In this document: positions 25,925 to 41,184 of the stretch, in pieces
Layout of the letters: the number at the start of each line of letters is the position of its first letter
How positions within the stretch are numbered: position 1 is the first letter of the stretch
Assembly (NCBI RefSeq): GCF_036321535.1
Contig: NC_087437.1
Coordinates: forward strand, 63,304,001-63,368,000
From: Camelus dromedarius
Lineage: Eukaryota
Direction of reading: 5' to 3'
DNA: 64,000 nt
Translations under genes and position numbers: made by a program
Notes under the pieces: model-generated
Database searches by the model: none
Seen by the model: only the letters and a program-made list of their open reading frames with translations
What the model was told of the DNA's origin: nothing

Positions 25925-26060
25925 TTTTATTTATTATTATTATTTTTGGTGGGAGGAGGTAATTAGGTTTATTTATTTATTTTTAAATGGAGGTACTACG
26001 GATTGAACCCAGGACCTCGTCCATGCTAGGCAAGCACTCTACCACTGAGCTATATCTTTC
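25925..26060 (-). mobile_element. Vic-1-type camelid SINE
   Basis: Reverse complement of the same tRNA-like head (gattgaacccaggacctc...ctctaccactgagctata) with a ggaggtaattaggtttatttattt tail. Confidence 0.88.
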
Positions 26061-26289
26061 TAGCTTCTTATTTCTTGTTGATCTCTACTTTTTAAATGAA
26101 TAGGTAGTAGTGTGCGTTTTTTTTATGTAAATGACAATTACAACAACAAAACCCAAGGATTAGTAAAACACTTTCTAACCTTAGAGTTCTGTAACAATAT
26201 ATCTGTCTTGTGGCATAGTGAACTCCCCAATATTGAGAGTGTCAAACAGATTGGGTGACTTCATGTCCAGGATTCCTGTCATTTTATGA

Positions 26290-26580
<291 letters not shown>

Positions 26581-26902
26581 TGATTAGCATAATCTTTGTG
26601 TTGTTCAGCTCTTGCATTGCTTTGGTACTTTAAAATCCACACATTAAATACAGCAAATTGGGCGAGGGTGGATGCTGTCCCCTAATTGAACTATACAGCA
26701 GCAGGACGCCAGGGCAATAGGCAGAGTATCCTGGGGCAATCAGCAAGAGTTAGATTACCACATCCTATCAGCACAAGCACACCCCACCCCGTCCCAGAAT
26801 CCCCACCCCTACCCCGGTCCCACTGGAAAGGAGGGTTTAAGAGTACCCCCAGTTTAGCCTGCCTTTCCCTGGTGTAAACCACGGCCTCATTCTCAGGCCT
26901 CA

Positions 26903-26917
26903 CCACTAGATGGCAGC
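26903..26917 (+). promoter_or_regulatory. CTCF-like motif
   Basis: CCACTAGATGGCAGC fits the CCASYAGRKGGCRS core. Confidence 0.6.
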
Positions 26918-27741
26918 AGTGCACCTGGGGGAACGATGCGAGGAGCCTGCGGGGCGGACTGTGTGGGATTAGTTCAGGCAGGTTCACTCCTGGGTTTACT
27001 CCTTTAATGTGACACCTTCCTCTAATGCTGTTAAAACTCATTCTTGCGCCCAGCCAGAGACACTTCGTATCTTGTCTTTGTATCTTTGTCTTTCCTTGAG
27101 TGTTTCTTTGAACTGATTTGTTCCTTCAACACAAGGATGTCCACACGGTACAGGTTGCATTCTGGAGAAAGGAGGCAAGAGTGATGAGGCAGTTGGAGTA
27201 TCCGCCTGGCTGCAAACAGTGTGCCTCAAACACAAGTGTCCTCTTTCAGGAGACACCTCCAGAGACTGCTCAACGGAAGGAGCTTACACAATAGGTGCTG
27301 GCCGGGATTGAAACAGTTTCACACTGAAAGCCTCCCAGCTATGAAATTGCTTCTTAAGACAAAAGTGCCTGCTTGAACCTGGGGAACTGAGGCTTGGGGC
27401 AGGAGTTGGGGGCTGACCTGACCTCCCAGACCATTTTCAGGCTTTTCTTTTTTTAACTGTTTGGGGATGACCTCCTTACTAGCGCTTCAGAGGGAGAGAG
27501 GGGTGGGGAGTAAGAGACTACTGAGCACAGCTGGTTCGTTGCGGGAAGGGAGAATCCTCCACATGAGGTTGGGTAGATGCACTGATTGAGCAGGTGGTGG
27601 GTAAAAGGTGTGGACGCCTTTGAGAAGGCGCACAATCTGAGAGGAGCCTCAGAGTCTCCCGGCCAGGGCACTCATGCTCCTGGGCTGGGCTAGGATGAAG
27701 CTTTTACAAATGGAAGGAAAAATAAGCCAGTGGTGCTCATT

Positions 27742-27767
27742 AAAAAAAAAAAAAAAAAAAAAAAAAA
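27742..27767. repeat. A26 homopolymer
   Basis: Directly visible. Confidence 0.95.
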
Positions 27768-29897
27768 GGACACAAATTGGGTTACTTTGCCTGGTAATGA
27801 ACCCTGTTTAGTTTTCCATTCTAAATTTTATGTATTACCTCTAAGATTGAACTTTAGTGTCAGAAGACTAACTTCTTTTGGCACACCTAGACACGTTGTT
27901 TTATACTATACAATAGTTTAAAATCCCATTTTATTGTTGCACTGCTGCTTTATAGCAAGAAAAACGACATTTCTTGGTATTGTCCCTGACATTTATGGGA
28001 GAAAACATTCCACTGTTGTAGCCTGCTTGCTCCCATATTGTATCATGTGCTATAAATGTTTTAGGTATCCGTGAAGAATCAGTTTGTAGTTTAACTACAG
28101 TAAAAAAGCAGAGCATGACCTAAGAGCATTCTCCATCTATTCAGACACGAAAAGCCCTTGTCAGATGGTTTTATGTGACTTACAAACCTGCAGCGTTTTA
28201 GAGGTGAAACTCCACAACATATTTCCAAGACAAGATGTCTATTTAATTCATCACAAGCAAAACTATCCCTGCATATGTGCTGTCCATGTGGAAACCACCT
28301 ACCAGGCATCAGCAGGACATAAACTAATCTGTCTTGTAGTGGGTATGTGTGACCACACAATTTGAATAACAATGGGATTGCTCACTGCAAACAAAGCTAA
28401 ATAACCACAGAGGACTAAATCCATGACTACAACCAGCTCTACTGAAAATTCTAAAGATGTTGCTGCTGACAGTCACTCTCTACCTAGGCAGTCAGTTCTG
28501 CCAAGTGAGTGCCATGTGTCTCTCGTCCCTCCCATTTACATCACCCAAGTCTGGTGCTATGCCTGGAGCCCACACCCACCCCAACACTGACCTGTCTGCA
28601 GAGATTGCTCACACAAATTGGTAGAGGTGGCCTGAAAGTATTTCTTCTGCCCTCTCTGCTGATGACCTCCAAGAGGTGCCTGGCAGGTGCTTTGGTCCTG
28701 GTAGCTGTAGCTCTGCGTTGCGTGGGGGCTTAGAGACAGTCAATGGTTTGCTCCATCATTGTATGGCTCGACCCTAAAATGGGTTGTATAAAATTCCCTG
28801 TGTATTCTTTTTATACTACCTGGATCTGGAGAAATTAATACAAAGTAAGAGAGAGGCAGAGGCTGTGATCCAGCGGTAGTCAGTTACAAGACTTCTGATG
28901 TCAGTTACAAGACTTCTGATGGAGGCAGGCCTTTCCATACAGCATCAGTGCCCCAGGTGTCAACTGAGTATGTCTATTTCCTGCTGCAGGCAGCCCCTTC
29001 CATCATATGTCAATCCTGAAACATGGCTCAGTGTTTTTCCACACTGCACCAAAATGAAGTCCACTACACAAAGCACTGATGGGCAGGCAGATGTTAAGGA
29101 AATTTTTGAGGGGAGAGAGTGGAGAATTTCACTGAACATACCCCATGTAAGTTCGTCTCAAACCCTTCTTTGGCTTGTCTTCACACCTGAGCCTTCCTTA
29201 GTGCCCTGCCAACCTTCTCTCCCCTCCCGTGAAGCTCCAAGTCTCACTGCCTCCAGCTGAAATGCTTCCTGGCTCATCCCAGAGCACCTTCAACTCCTCC
29301 CCTTTCTTATGTAAGTCATTTTAGTTCTCTTCCAACTTCTCTTTCCAATCTTACATACCCCTACCACTACCCAATACCAACTTTATGTAGACAGCCATTG
29401 TACCAAGCACAAAGATTTTTGTGTTTAAAAAAAAAGATCCTCCAGGTACTAGGAGTCTTCCTTCATAAAAGAGAGTAAGGAATTTAAAGTAACAATGGTT
29501 TTCTCTCTCCTAATATACATATACATAATATACATATTGTTCATATATACATATATAATACATATATATCTCAATATATATATGCCTATATGCGTGTGTG
29601 TCTCTGCATGTGCATGCACACACATGCATAAAACACTTAGGAAGGAATGACTGAAAAAAATTAAAAAAACCAAAAAACAGACCCAATATGCTTCAGGGAA
29701 TTCCATATCAAACTTTTGTTGGTTATTCCTCATCCTTAAAGAAGAACAAATCTTTTTATTTCCTAAACTGTCTCTGTACCTTAAGTGTAAAGTAACATAT
29801 TCAAGCTTTTCCTGTACTAAAAATGAACTAAATGAACTAAAAACAGTGTCTGGCACAAAGAAGCCACTTAATGTTCTTTCCCTCACCCCCTCCCTGA

Positions 29898-30212
<315 letters not shown>

Positions 30213-31144
30213 TAAACCAAGCACCGAGAGGAAATCTTCCCTTGGGGAAACAGGAATGATGGTGAAATAGGCTGTAAGCTGAGTTGTCAGTCGAGTCATT
30301 CCAGGTTGCCCTGAAGCTGGCAGAGTGTCCAGGGGTTCAAGGCAATGTGAGTCCCTTCTCTTCAGAAAGTGCAGGTCCACATCCCTGGCTAGTGTCACCC
30401 TTACTCATCAGGACCATATATGATGCCCATCACAGTTTGGGGAGGAGCATATTGTAGTTCCACAGTCATCCTAGGTGCAGACACAGCCTAGCTTTTAGGC
30501 AAAATTCTGGTTCTCTCCACAGCCACATCATCCTGGGAGCTGCCCCACAAATGGATGAGGAGGGTCTGTCTTGAGAAAGCTTGCAGTTTAGCCAAATCCC
30601 AAGAAATATGGCTTAGCACAACCATACCCGATTTTAGGTTCCAGGACCAAGGAGTTTGGGGGTGATTTAGGACTGACTCAGACAACTAACTGCCTTGGTC
30701 CTGGAGGCTCAGCACTTCACGGGAATCAAGAGGACCAGGGAAGGTGTGGCACTTACGGCTTTCCTGGCCAACAGCTGGCCGTTAGTGCCCTTCTCCTTTT
30801 GACCACCAGCACCTTGTGCAGTGGACATGGCAGATATCCGAGATACCTGGGACCAAGCAACTTTAGGCATCCTGAGTATAGACCCCATATAATTCCTGGG
30901 AAAGCAGGAGGGATGCATGTGAGGTCTAGAGCAAAGAACTCAGTGGAGTCTAGATGAAGAAATTTAACATCTAGCTCTAGTTTCACCACTAACTCGTGGT
31001 CAGACAAGTCCTCTGCCATTTGGCTTCATTTTTAGGCTGTCCTATTTGCCTTCTAGGGACAACCTAGGGTTAAACAGCATATAATAAAAGCATCAGAAAA
31101 AAATTAAAATGTAATATACATGTATGTATTCCCCATAACTCTGA

Positions 31145-31540
<396 letters not shown>

Positions 31541-34404
31541 TAGCTCTAATGCTTTGTGTTAAGGGGAAATCTCTCGGGGCCTGGAAGGGCAGTACATCTA
31601 TCTCTTCCCACAGTCAACTCTGCGGGGCTGATGGGGAGCCCACCTCCTCTTGTTGACTTCCTCACCTCTCTGAATTAAGGTCGTTTCTCTGCTCATCAGC
31701 CAGAAGCAGGAATTAGGAGGAGAGAGGGGAAAACTGTCATCAAACTCTGGGGAGAGGTTGACTAAAATGCAGCTTTTGGATTATTTATGAATTTCAGCCA
31801 TTGCACTCAGATTTATTTCCATCACCACTCTGCTTCCTCCATTCATATTCCTAAAGATCACTAGGAGCCAGCTGTAGAAGAAGACTGACTTAGACTCGGG
31901 TTCCAGACACCTAAAAGATATGTCAATAGAGACTCTGAAGAAGATTTTCATCCTTATAGAAAACTACTATTTGATAAGCATAACTGGATACAAGAATCAG
32001 AGATAAGAGAGCAGGAAAGGAGGAAGCTATTTCCAGACTCAGAGTCATGACATCACTAGGGATGCAGAATGCTCATACAAATTCATGCCTTTTCCAAATT
32101 TGACGTGATTTACAATTGGAAAAGCCATTTTCCTGTTTTCTTTAAAAGATACTGCAGAAAGAAAAAGATACTGCAACCAGTACACATGCATATTTAAAAG
32201 GTATCATCTTATATGTGGACTCACTCTTATTAAACAGTTATAATAACTTAAATGAAAAGGAATCAAAAAATGATTTTTAAAAAATCTCTGAAGTACATAC
32301 ACGTTTAAAAGTTAATGAGAAAATGATTACCTCTGTCAAAACTAAATGGTACGGAAAAGGTAGTTTGAATCACTCAGTAGATCTAAACACAATCTTGTTC
32401 TTTCTTCTCCAGTATCTTGGGAATGCATATTTGACACTTTGGTTCATGAGAAAGGTTACCAGGAATATTGTAGTCCAGCTTTTCCCATGGATTCTGCTCA
32501 ACTCTCACTGCGATCATTTCTTTAGAGAGGAGGAGGAGAGGCCATTCATGGGGTTTTCCCTTCTCTGCTGTCCTTTCTAGCACTATCATATAATGAATAA
32601 ATTACTCTCTGCAGCAGAGGCAGATGAGTTGCCAATCAGCACTATTACACCTCTGTGGAAATAGCCCCAATGTTTGGGAAAAATCACAGAGGGAAAACAA
32701 AAAATCGACATACTTCATTACATTCTCATAGGATCACAAGTGTATTCACACCACGTTCAGAGACATTCAGGGGGTAGTGAGGGATGTACTTTCTCTGTAG
32801 TTAATTCTGATCTTCCCAATCTACCCTACCCATGAAGGGTGGTGTAAGAAAATAAGTAGATCCAACCCAACCCAGGAATTTCCATCTGCTGAAGTAACTG
32901 AAAACAGTTTTAAGGTAAACTGCTCAGTCTCTCAGATTTCTCCTCACCACTCCTCTCTTCAAGGTGGTGGCTGAGTGTACAAGGCGGGGTGGTGCTGGGA
33001 CTGCAGAGCAGCTGAGGGGAGGGTTTCCAACATCCCTGATCCTTCCCAGCACTTCTGCTCTCCATGGAAACACTCATCTGTGTGGTCGCCAGCTGTGCAG
33101 CTTAAGCCTTTGGTTTCTTCCCTTTCACAGCACGAGAGTCCCTCACCAGCTCACCTCTGTTCTCACTGGTGTTCGGGGCCTCCTTAAGTCTCTCCCAGGT
33201 GGCCCTCACCTGCTCCCTGCCTTTGGTGCTCTGCGTCACAGCCCCTCAGCACATTGGAGATGTCTGAGTCCTCTCCTTGTCCACATACCTCCCTGTAACC
33301 AAAGTGACTTCGGAAAACCAAATTCCAACCCTCCTTCCGCAGCTGCTAGGTTTACTTTGCTACAGCTGCCACCCAAATTGGGGAGGGGAAACCATGAGGT
33401 GAATTCTATCTTTCTACCTCCCTGCTTCAGGAGGTTGGATTAGATGGTCCATGAGGCCTTTTGATCTTGAAACATTCTAACATTCCATTTCACCTTCTCT
33501 GCTTCCACTGAGACACCCTCAGGCCTGACTCTGGGTAACAGTGGACCCTGCCAATTCTGAGAGGTGTCTGATTCTGCCCCTTGTCATCCCTATGTCAAAG
33601 AACACCGAGGTGAAGTCAGCCTGAAGGTCTAGTCCACAAACAAAGGGTGCTCTGTGAATCCAGGAACCATCCTGTTGTATCTATTTGCTTCTGGTTGGAC
33701 TATTGCTGGGAACTTAAATGTGGGGGTGGTCAGGGTGTCACCATCTGGAGGAGGTTACATTCCTGTTAATCCACATATCCTGAAAGCAAGCCCCGAAATC
33801 CCCAACTTGCTTTGTCAACTCACCAGCCAGCCATGAGCTCTGTGCCATTTAGAAAATCCAGTCCCCTCCTTATAGAAGAATCTAAGGCAGGAATTTTAGG
33901 AAGCAGGTGTATTTACTCCACTTTGTGCTCTTTGAATCTACCCACGTGATTCAAAATGCTACAGCACGCAGACCTGTGTCCTCTTCCCTTTCAGCCCTCC
34001 CTCCTCTAGCATGACTACTCCACCTCCTGTTCCACCGAGACCAATTATATACAGAAGAGATAGTGTAATTGTGCTCACGAGAAGGAAGGGCATATTTTGT
34101 TAGCAGATAGTTCACTTTCTAAGCCTTTCACCTCTGAGTTTGAAAATGAGGCTTGTTAAGATGCTTAAAGGCTATCTCTATGGAGTGGATTCCCAGCTGA
34201 CCAAAAAATCTTGTGTAGCAGAATGCAGATCTCTGTTTACTTTAGATTTATTTAAGTATATCAAAAAGCTCCACTCTGGAGAATTCTCATCCAATTCATC
34301 CGTTTATTAAATCTTTTAAAACATTTAAAAACCTTATGAGGGCAATAGAATCTGAAGGTTTGTTATTTGAATGATCAATAAAAAATATTTGAGGTAGAAA
34401 GCAC

Positions 34405-34795
34405 CTTTATTGGTTTGCTAGGGGTACCATAACAAGTACCACAGACTGGGTGGCTTCAACCACAGCAATTTGTCTTCTCACAGTTTCGGAGGCTGAAAAT
34501 CTGAGCTCAGTGTGTCTGAGGCCTCCCTCATTGGCTGGTAAATGGCTGTCATCTCCCTCTTTCTTCATATGGTTGTCCCCATGTGTCTGGTGTCTTTCTG
34601 TCTGTCTCTCTCTCATATCTTAATCTCTTCTTATAAGGACACCAGATCTATTGGATTAGGGCTCACTCTAATGACTTTATTTTAACTTAATTAGCTCTTT
34701 AAAGGCCTCATTTCCAAATACCATCACATTCTGAGGCTTTAGGGAATGGGCTTCAACATACGAATTTTGAGCGGACATAATTCAGCCCATAACAG
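34405..34795. mobile_element. MLT1-type MaLR LTR
   Basis: ccataacaagtaccacagactgggtggctt...cttcttataaggacaccag...aattcagcccataaca. Confidence 0.85.
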
Positions 34796-35585
34796 CACCC
34801 CTGTATGGATGAGACTGTAGGAAGAGGACCACAGAACAAAGGCAACAGGGCAGTAGGGGTTTTTTAGAAGCAGAGAGGATGAGCTATAGATGGAAATTAC
34901 GAGGTTCAGTGCACACATGCTTGCAAACCTACCCAAAACCACTGTCAAGCTGCCCTCTCATGTACATGCCCTCCCATCCTCACTGACAACCTCTTACCAG
35001 CCTCCTGTGTGCCCAGCCTCCCACCCTCACCCATGGAAGTGCCTGGCACACTGCCTCATCCAGTGCTTCCCAACGACTTGCAGGAGAAGACTCTAAAGGC
35101 CAAGAGAGAGTAAATGAAAGTGGTCCCCTCCCCTCCTGTGGCATTATTCCAAGAGTCTCATTAGAGTATATAAGCGAGACCAATCACCTTGCCCTTTAGA
35201 GAGAAAACTGGAGCTCAATAAGAAGAAATTCTAATTGTGTAGAATGTAAAACCAAATTCCTTTCCTTTAGTGAGGTTATTCTGATTAAAGTAATAAATGT
35301 CTTAAAGCATTCAACAGTTTATAAACTTAATTCCTTGAGAGTATCCCTCCAACCAAGAAAGGAAAGGAAAAAGAAAGACATCCAGTAGATACTCAATATT
35401 TTGAGATCGAATTAAATGACACTTGGGCACAAAAATATTCAAGCTTTCCCGAGTATAATATCTTATGATGTAATACTTCATTTTACGAGAGGAAAATTTT
35501 TGTTTTCTTTGTTGTATCTAAACTGATGTTAGGAATTTCATTTGGAAGAGTGACTTTCTCCTCATTCAATCTTATGACTTTATAG

Positions 35586-35762
<177 letters not shown>

Positions 35763-35918
35763 TGAGTAAACTTTTACCAACTGGAGGGGAACACAAATTT
35801 AGCAGGCCAAGATATACTGAGGTTACTGTATTTTACTGCTCTGGGAACAGAGAAATATTGTGAAGAACATGAAGATCTGAAAGGGAAGGGGAAACCGAAG
35901 AGAAAGAATGGTAGAGGA

Positions 35919-36090
35919 CAGTGATTCTTGGTGTGCTACCCAGACCAGCACCTGGGAACGAGGCAGAAATGTAACTTCTCAGGCTTCCGCCTGAGCCCAT
36001 CAAATCAGAAACTCTGGAGGCTGGGCCAGGCATGTGTGTCTCAGCAAGCGCTCCAGGTGACTCTGACCCATGCTCAGGTTTGACCAGTGT
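35919..36090. mobile_element. MER5-like hAT MITE in the last ROPN1 intron
   Basis: aatcagaaactctggaggctgggcc...ctccaggtgactctga. Confidence 0.75.
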
Positions 36091-36265
36091 GGTAGGAGGG
36101 GAGGAGGAGGAACAGGCAGTCAAGAAGTCAGAGAAAAAGAGTGATGAGGGCAGGAGCCACAGAAGAATTAATTTGGAGTGAGAGAGTTGTTTATATAGTG
36201 TCTTTCTTAAGACGAATTGTTAAATGAACTAACCCCCCAATATATATCTTTTTTTCCCCAAACAG

Positions 36266-36332
36266 AATTGGTCCTGATGGTTTAATCAAGGTGAATGACT
36301 TTACCCAAAACCCCAGGGTTCGGCTGGAGTAA
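36266..36332 (+). CDS. ROPN1: Ropporin-1 last coding exon
   Basis: Acceptor tttttccccaaacag. Reads (V)IGPDGLIKVNDFTQNPRVRLE, then TAA. The five exons sum to 639 nt, i.e. 212 aa plus stop. Confidence 0.97.
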
Positions 36333-36442
36333 AAGCACAATTTTGGCAATTTTAAAGGAAGATACAGAGATGATTGTGCTTCAGAATGACTGAACCCCAT
36401 ACACCATCCAATGTCAATTTTCTTGTGTAACGGGTACACACT

Positions 36443-36448
36443 AATAAA
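36443..36448 (+). terminator. ROPN1: ROPN1 polyadenylation signal
   Basis: Canonical AATAAA 110 nt after the stop codon. Confidence 0.8.
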
Positions 36449-36800
36449 CAATTAGGCAAACATATGAAATCAGAAACATGTGGAACTAAGTTGTAAAACT
36501 GTTGGAACAAAACACCTACATTAACAGAAGATTAGTATCCTTCCCACATGGACACAGAGTAAAGTGGCCGACGAAGCATGGATAGAAAATGCAGCTGAGG
36601 TGAAAGACAGGCTGTCAGCTTTGCAGAGGAAGGGTGTTATCCAGACACAGGTTTGATGTTGTGCGATTGTTAGGAATGTCTTACATGAGTGGTCAATCTA
36701 TGTTTTTACCAGTTTATGTCTCCATTTGTAGCTATTATGCTAGTCGTTCATTCATTCACTCACCAACCAATGTTTATTGAGGTTAGCTATATGCCAGGGA

Positions 36801-36906
36801 TAGGACGGCCAGATGAAGTACAGAAATACAGAACACTCAGTTAAATTTGAACTTGGGATAAACAAGTTTTTAGGTTTCTTTTTTCTTTTTGCTAAATCTA
36901 GCAACC
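36801..36906. mobile_element. MER53-like hAT remnant inside an L2 tail
   Basis: aaatacagaacactcagttaaatttgaa...tttgctaaatctagcaacc. Confidence 0.6.
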
Positions 36907-38424
36907 GGACATATACAAATGATCAAATCTAAATTCTGCCTTCATGGAGCTCACAGTCTAACATGAAGATAAGACATGAATTTAAATCACTTTAAGTGGC
37001 CCTGAGAGGTACCAGTAAAGTGTTTCAGACATCATTATTTGAAGTGTCTACATTAAGGTGTCTGACACCGTATCCAGGTGTTACGGGGCCCTTTTAGGAA
37101 AATCCCCTGCATGAGCTTAAGACCTTCTGACAAGGTCACCAGAAGATTTTTTCTTTCTCCTAGGAAGCAGATGAGATTAACAGGCTGTGTGGGTAATGTT
37201 CTTAAGGCCAGGTGTGCCCGGGTTGCTGGATCCCTTCTATCTGTAATACTGTCCTCTCTTGCAAGTTGTTTTTGTAGAAAAATCATGTTAGGTTGCTTTT
37301 TGATGTACATGTATCTCTCTCTGCTGAATTGGGGGAAATTTTGTTGACTAGTGTCTAAATAAGTAAAAGATTGCAATGGGATATCACCACAGGCCCTTGA
37401 TTTTGACCTAGAGTGAAACAATGAAAAGGGTTGAAACAAATTCTCCAACCACGGTCATCTGGCTACACCTGCAGGGGATGAGCAACTGCTAATCCTCCCT
37501 GCTGCCTGCCATCTTACCAAAGCGGCGCATTGTTTACATGCACTCTGGGACCCATGACTGTTTAAAAGATTGAAAGATGAAACCCTGCACTGCAAGTAAC
37601 CAGGGTTAGAAAATCAATGAACTCCTTTAACCTGCCTCAGTCTCTCCATTTCTCTTTCACTGTGAGCAAAGAATTTAAATATGATCTTGCCTGGGAATGA
37701 GGAGTTTGAAAGACCCTAAAACAAAATGTTCATAAGCACAATAAAAGTTAAAACATCTTTGGTACAGTTGAGAAAGCAGACTGAAATTAGAAACTAAACC
37801 TCAGTGGCCCTGAGCGTAATCCCTCAAGAGTGAGGCTAACGAAACCCCAGCCATCAAAGTGAATCCTGGACACAGATGTGAAATCATTGATGGCATTGTA
37901 GCCATCAGTTGAGACCAATGACAACTGGCAATACCAGTGTGGCACTGCCAATTGCTGGTCTTCTAAGCCACCACTTGGTGTCCACCAGGTTCCTCCTCTC
38001 CTGCTCTGTCTCACTGCGGGAATGCTTCGTCTAAGCCATTGATATTGCTAAGCCACAGATGCTCCTCAGAGACACAACCTCCACAGCACATCTCCCAAAT
38101 CAGCCTGCTTCAGCTGTCACCCTTACGGTGAAAAACAGCTTTGCCCTCAACCTGTGCTATGCTGTTATTAACAATGATTATAAATACTATTATTAATGAC
38201 AATAGCCAGCATTAAGTACTATGTGCATGTCACCATGCACACACATCGCTTTGCATTCATTCTCAATTTTTCTTTTTACAATCTGACCTTATGAAGTCAA
38301 TATGATTATCCCCATTTTATAGATGAAGAAGCAGTCTTAGAGAAATTAAGTTGCTCACTGTCATTGGTGAGAAGGAATTTGAATCCAGGTCTATCTCACT
38401 TCAGACTTATGTTGCCTTATATTC

Positions 38425-38760
38425 ACACTGCCCATCTGAGTATGGAGTTTCCCTCCAGAAACAACTGCTGAGATAAGTATTTAAGTGCAAGTGGTTTATT
38501 TTGGAGGCAATCCCAGGAACAGTGGAAAGGGAGTAGGGAAATAAGTGAAGGGAAGAAAGCCAACAGAGGGTGTGTTATCAAGCCAGTTATCCCTGGAGCC
38601 CAATCCTGCTGGAGAACTCTGGGAGGTAGTGTAGAACATGCCTCAGAGTGACCTCAACCTGAGGGATGAGGAAACTCTCCATCCATCACAGGCTGAGGGC
38701 TGCTTCCTCACCAAGTTCCCATCTGTCACTGGCTGAGTGGCAGCATCAACCTGCTGGTAT
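38425..38760. mobile_element. Old MLT1 (J/K-like) MaLR LTR
   Basis: tgagataagtatttaagtgcaagtggtttattttggaggcaatcccaggaa...gggtgtgttatcaagccagtta. Confidence 0.65.
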
Positions 38761-40599
38761 TTCCAGCTTGCCTTACTCATGAACTTGCGCTTGTACCTTT
38801 TGTTCCAGATGAAAAGCGCTCAGGTAGGAAGTCACAGGTGTGCACAATTAGCAACCTTTGGAGGCATATGGATGGGGCACCACCAATCTCTGTATAAATG
38901 CCTTACAGAGATTTTTAATTATTTTTAGCATTTTAATCACTATTGCTTCTCTCCTTGGGTGAGGCAAGTCCATAGGGACTTCAGGCCACTGACACTGTGC
39001 CATACTAAAATCACAGTTGATCCTCAAATCTGACACTCTGTCCCAAACCAACTTCCCCAGATGAGATCATTCCATAGGGGATCTCCTGGTCCTTGCTGCC
39101 TATAGACCCTTGTCAGACCCATCCCACTGGCCTTCCTATCATGACCAAAAATATCTGAATCCTAGCATGACTCCAGTTAAGCTGTCAAACTGAGAACCCT
39201 GTAACATATGGTTTGTATTTCTCCTTTAATAAGAACAACATTCAGGAAGCAATAAAACCAGGATTTTTTTAAAGAAAAAAGTGGGCTCTTTCTTTCATAA
39301 ATTAAAGTATTTTGATTAAAGTGAAGACTGCAGATACATTTAAAGCTTCAGTCAGATATGCAAAGATTATGATTCAACTCCATTTTCTCTGTGCTCCATG
39401 CCCTCTCTCTCTCCTTGATGCTGTTCAGTGAGGCACCCCCTTATCCCTAGTTAATCAACAACTTCCAAGATCACCAGTGCCCTGCAATAGAGGGTGCTGG
39501 ACACTCGAGTGTAGAAAGCTGGTTTTGAATTATGTTAAGAATAGGATTCTCAACCTAATATTCTTGGAGAGGCTCCTGAATGTCTCTGATAAAATTGTAT
39601 ACATAAGTATGTTTCATAAATGTGCACATCAGCATTTTTCTGAGGAAAAAATATGAAACGTTTAGCAAATTCCCAAAATTGTATAAGATCTCAAAAGGTT
39701 AAGAACCCTTGGGTTAGAAATAATTCCAGAAGTCACCAAATGGCTTGAGGAAAAGCAACAGGGTGGCCTCAGATCTCTCCAAGCAGAATTGAACTCACGT
39801 TCCTAACATTTAATTTATTATCCAGTCCACAGCCTCTAACTTTGTGAGTCTTGTCTCTTGGCTATAAATCTTAGATGTGTTTTTAGTTTAGATTTTCATA
39901 TACACTGCAACTTTGGTGGTTTCCTATAAACTGGAACACAGTTAAACATGAACAGAGACTTTCACACTTCTGGGGTAAGCCAACTGGGAAAGCCATTGGT
40001 CCAATGCACTAGATTACAAAACACTGCCTAGACGAAACAGAGCCATTAACCATAACACTAGAGGAAACTAAACTTCCCTATCAGGCTCAAACAGCTGAGA
40101 CCTGGATAATCCTGAGTCTTGAAGCATTTAAGTGGCTGTCAGCCCTAATGCAACAAAGCAGTCAAAACACTGGTTGGTTCATTTATTTATTCAAAAATTA
40201 AAAAAATTCCTACTATGTGCAAGGCATTGTGCTAGGTATTAGGGATGCTACACTGAATAAAATAAGCTCCCTGCTTTTACAGAGACTAAACTCTACTTGG
40301 GAAGACAGACATTAAATAACTAATCACATAAGTGAAACATGATGCCGTACCATCATAGCATAGGGACACACTAACTAGTTTGCAGGAGTGGTGGAAAGAA
40401 GGGCTTTCTTGCAAAAGTAACCTGACAGCAAACTCAGAAGTCTATGCTTCAGTTAACACAATATCTCAGAAATGTGTTTCTGTACCCCACACCTCTTACC
40501 AAGCTCCAGACTCAAATACCCAGTAAACTACTTGATATCATCTCTTGTATGATTCCAAGGCATCCCTAATCAACATATCCCAAAATGAGTTCCTAGCAT

Positions 40600-40866
40600 T
40601 ACAGGCTAGAGTCTGTGTTGCAACTATTCAATTCTGCAGCTGTAAGACAAAAGCAGCCACAGATAAAACATAAGAAATGTGTGTGACTATGTCCCAATAG
40701 TTTTATTTATGACACTGAAGTATAATTGTCATGTAATTTCACATGTCATGAAATATTATTCTTTTGATTTTTAAAATCAATTAAAAATGTAAAAACTTCT
40801 CCCAGCTATTGGAAAAAAAGATGGCAGGTTGGATTCGGCCAGGGGCTACAGACTGTGGACTCCTGT
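40600..40866. mobile_element. MER58B-like hAT element
   Basis: gtctgtgttgcaactattcaattctgc...aaagcagccacaga...tttcacatgtcatgaaatattattc. Confidence 0.75.
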
Positions 40867-41147
40867 GCTGCACTACAGTGATGTTTGTGAAACACCAGTC
40901 ATTTCACCTTGCCCCGATCTTAAACTTCTACACATTCCTATTGCCCTTAGGAAACCCAAATCCTTAATGTGGCCTCTGAGAACCGCATAGCCTGACCCCT
41001 ATACATATTTCTATCCCTGCTGTCAATACTTGAGCCACAAAATCTCTTACTTGTTACCATGCTGTCTCCACATGTTTAGAATATTCTTCTCTCCTCTATC
41101 TATCTAGTTCATTCTTCAGATCTCAGCTAATGGCAGCGTTATTTGTA

Positions 41148-41152
<5 letters not shown>

Positions 41153-41180
<28 letters not shown>
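41153..41180. repeat. (GA)n microsatellite
   Basis: Directly visible. Confidence 0.97.

Positions 41181-41184
<4 letters not shown>

Noticed and set aside
27742..27767. A26 run as a retrocopy tail
   Set aside because: No TSD or element body is visible upstream, so it is treated as a homopolymer.
32964..33443. 159 aa intronic ORF
   Set aside because: GTG start, no recognisable domain and no supporting splice context.
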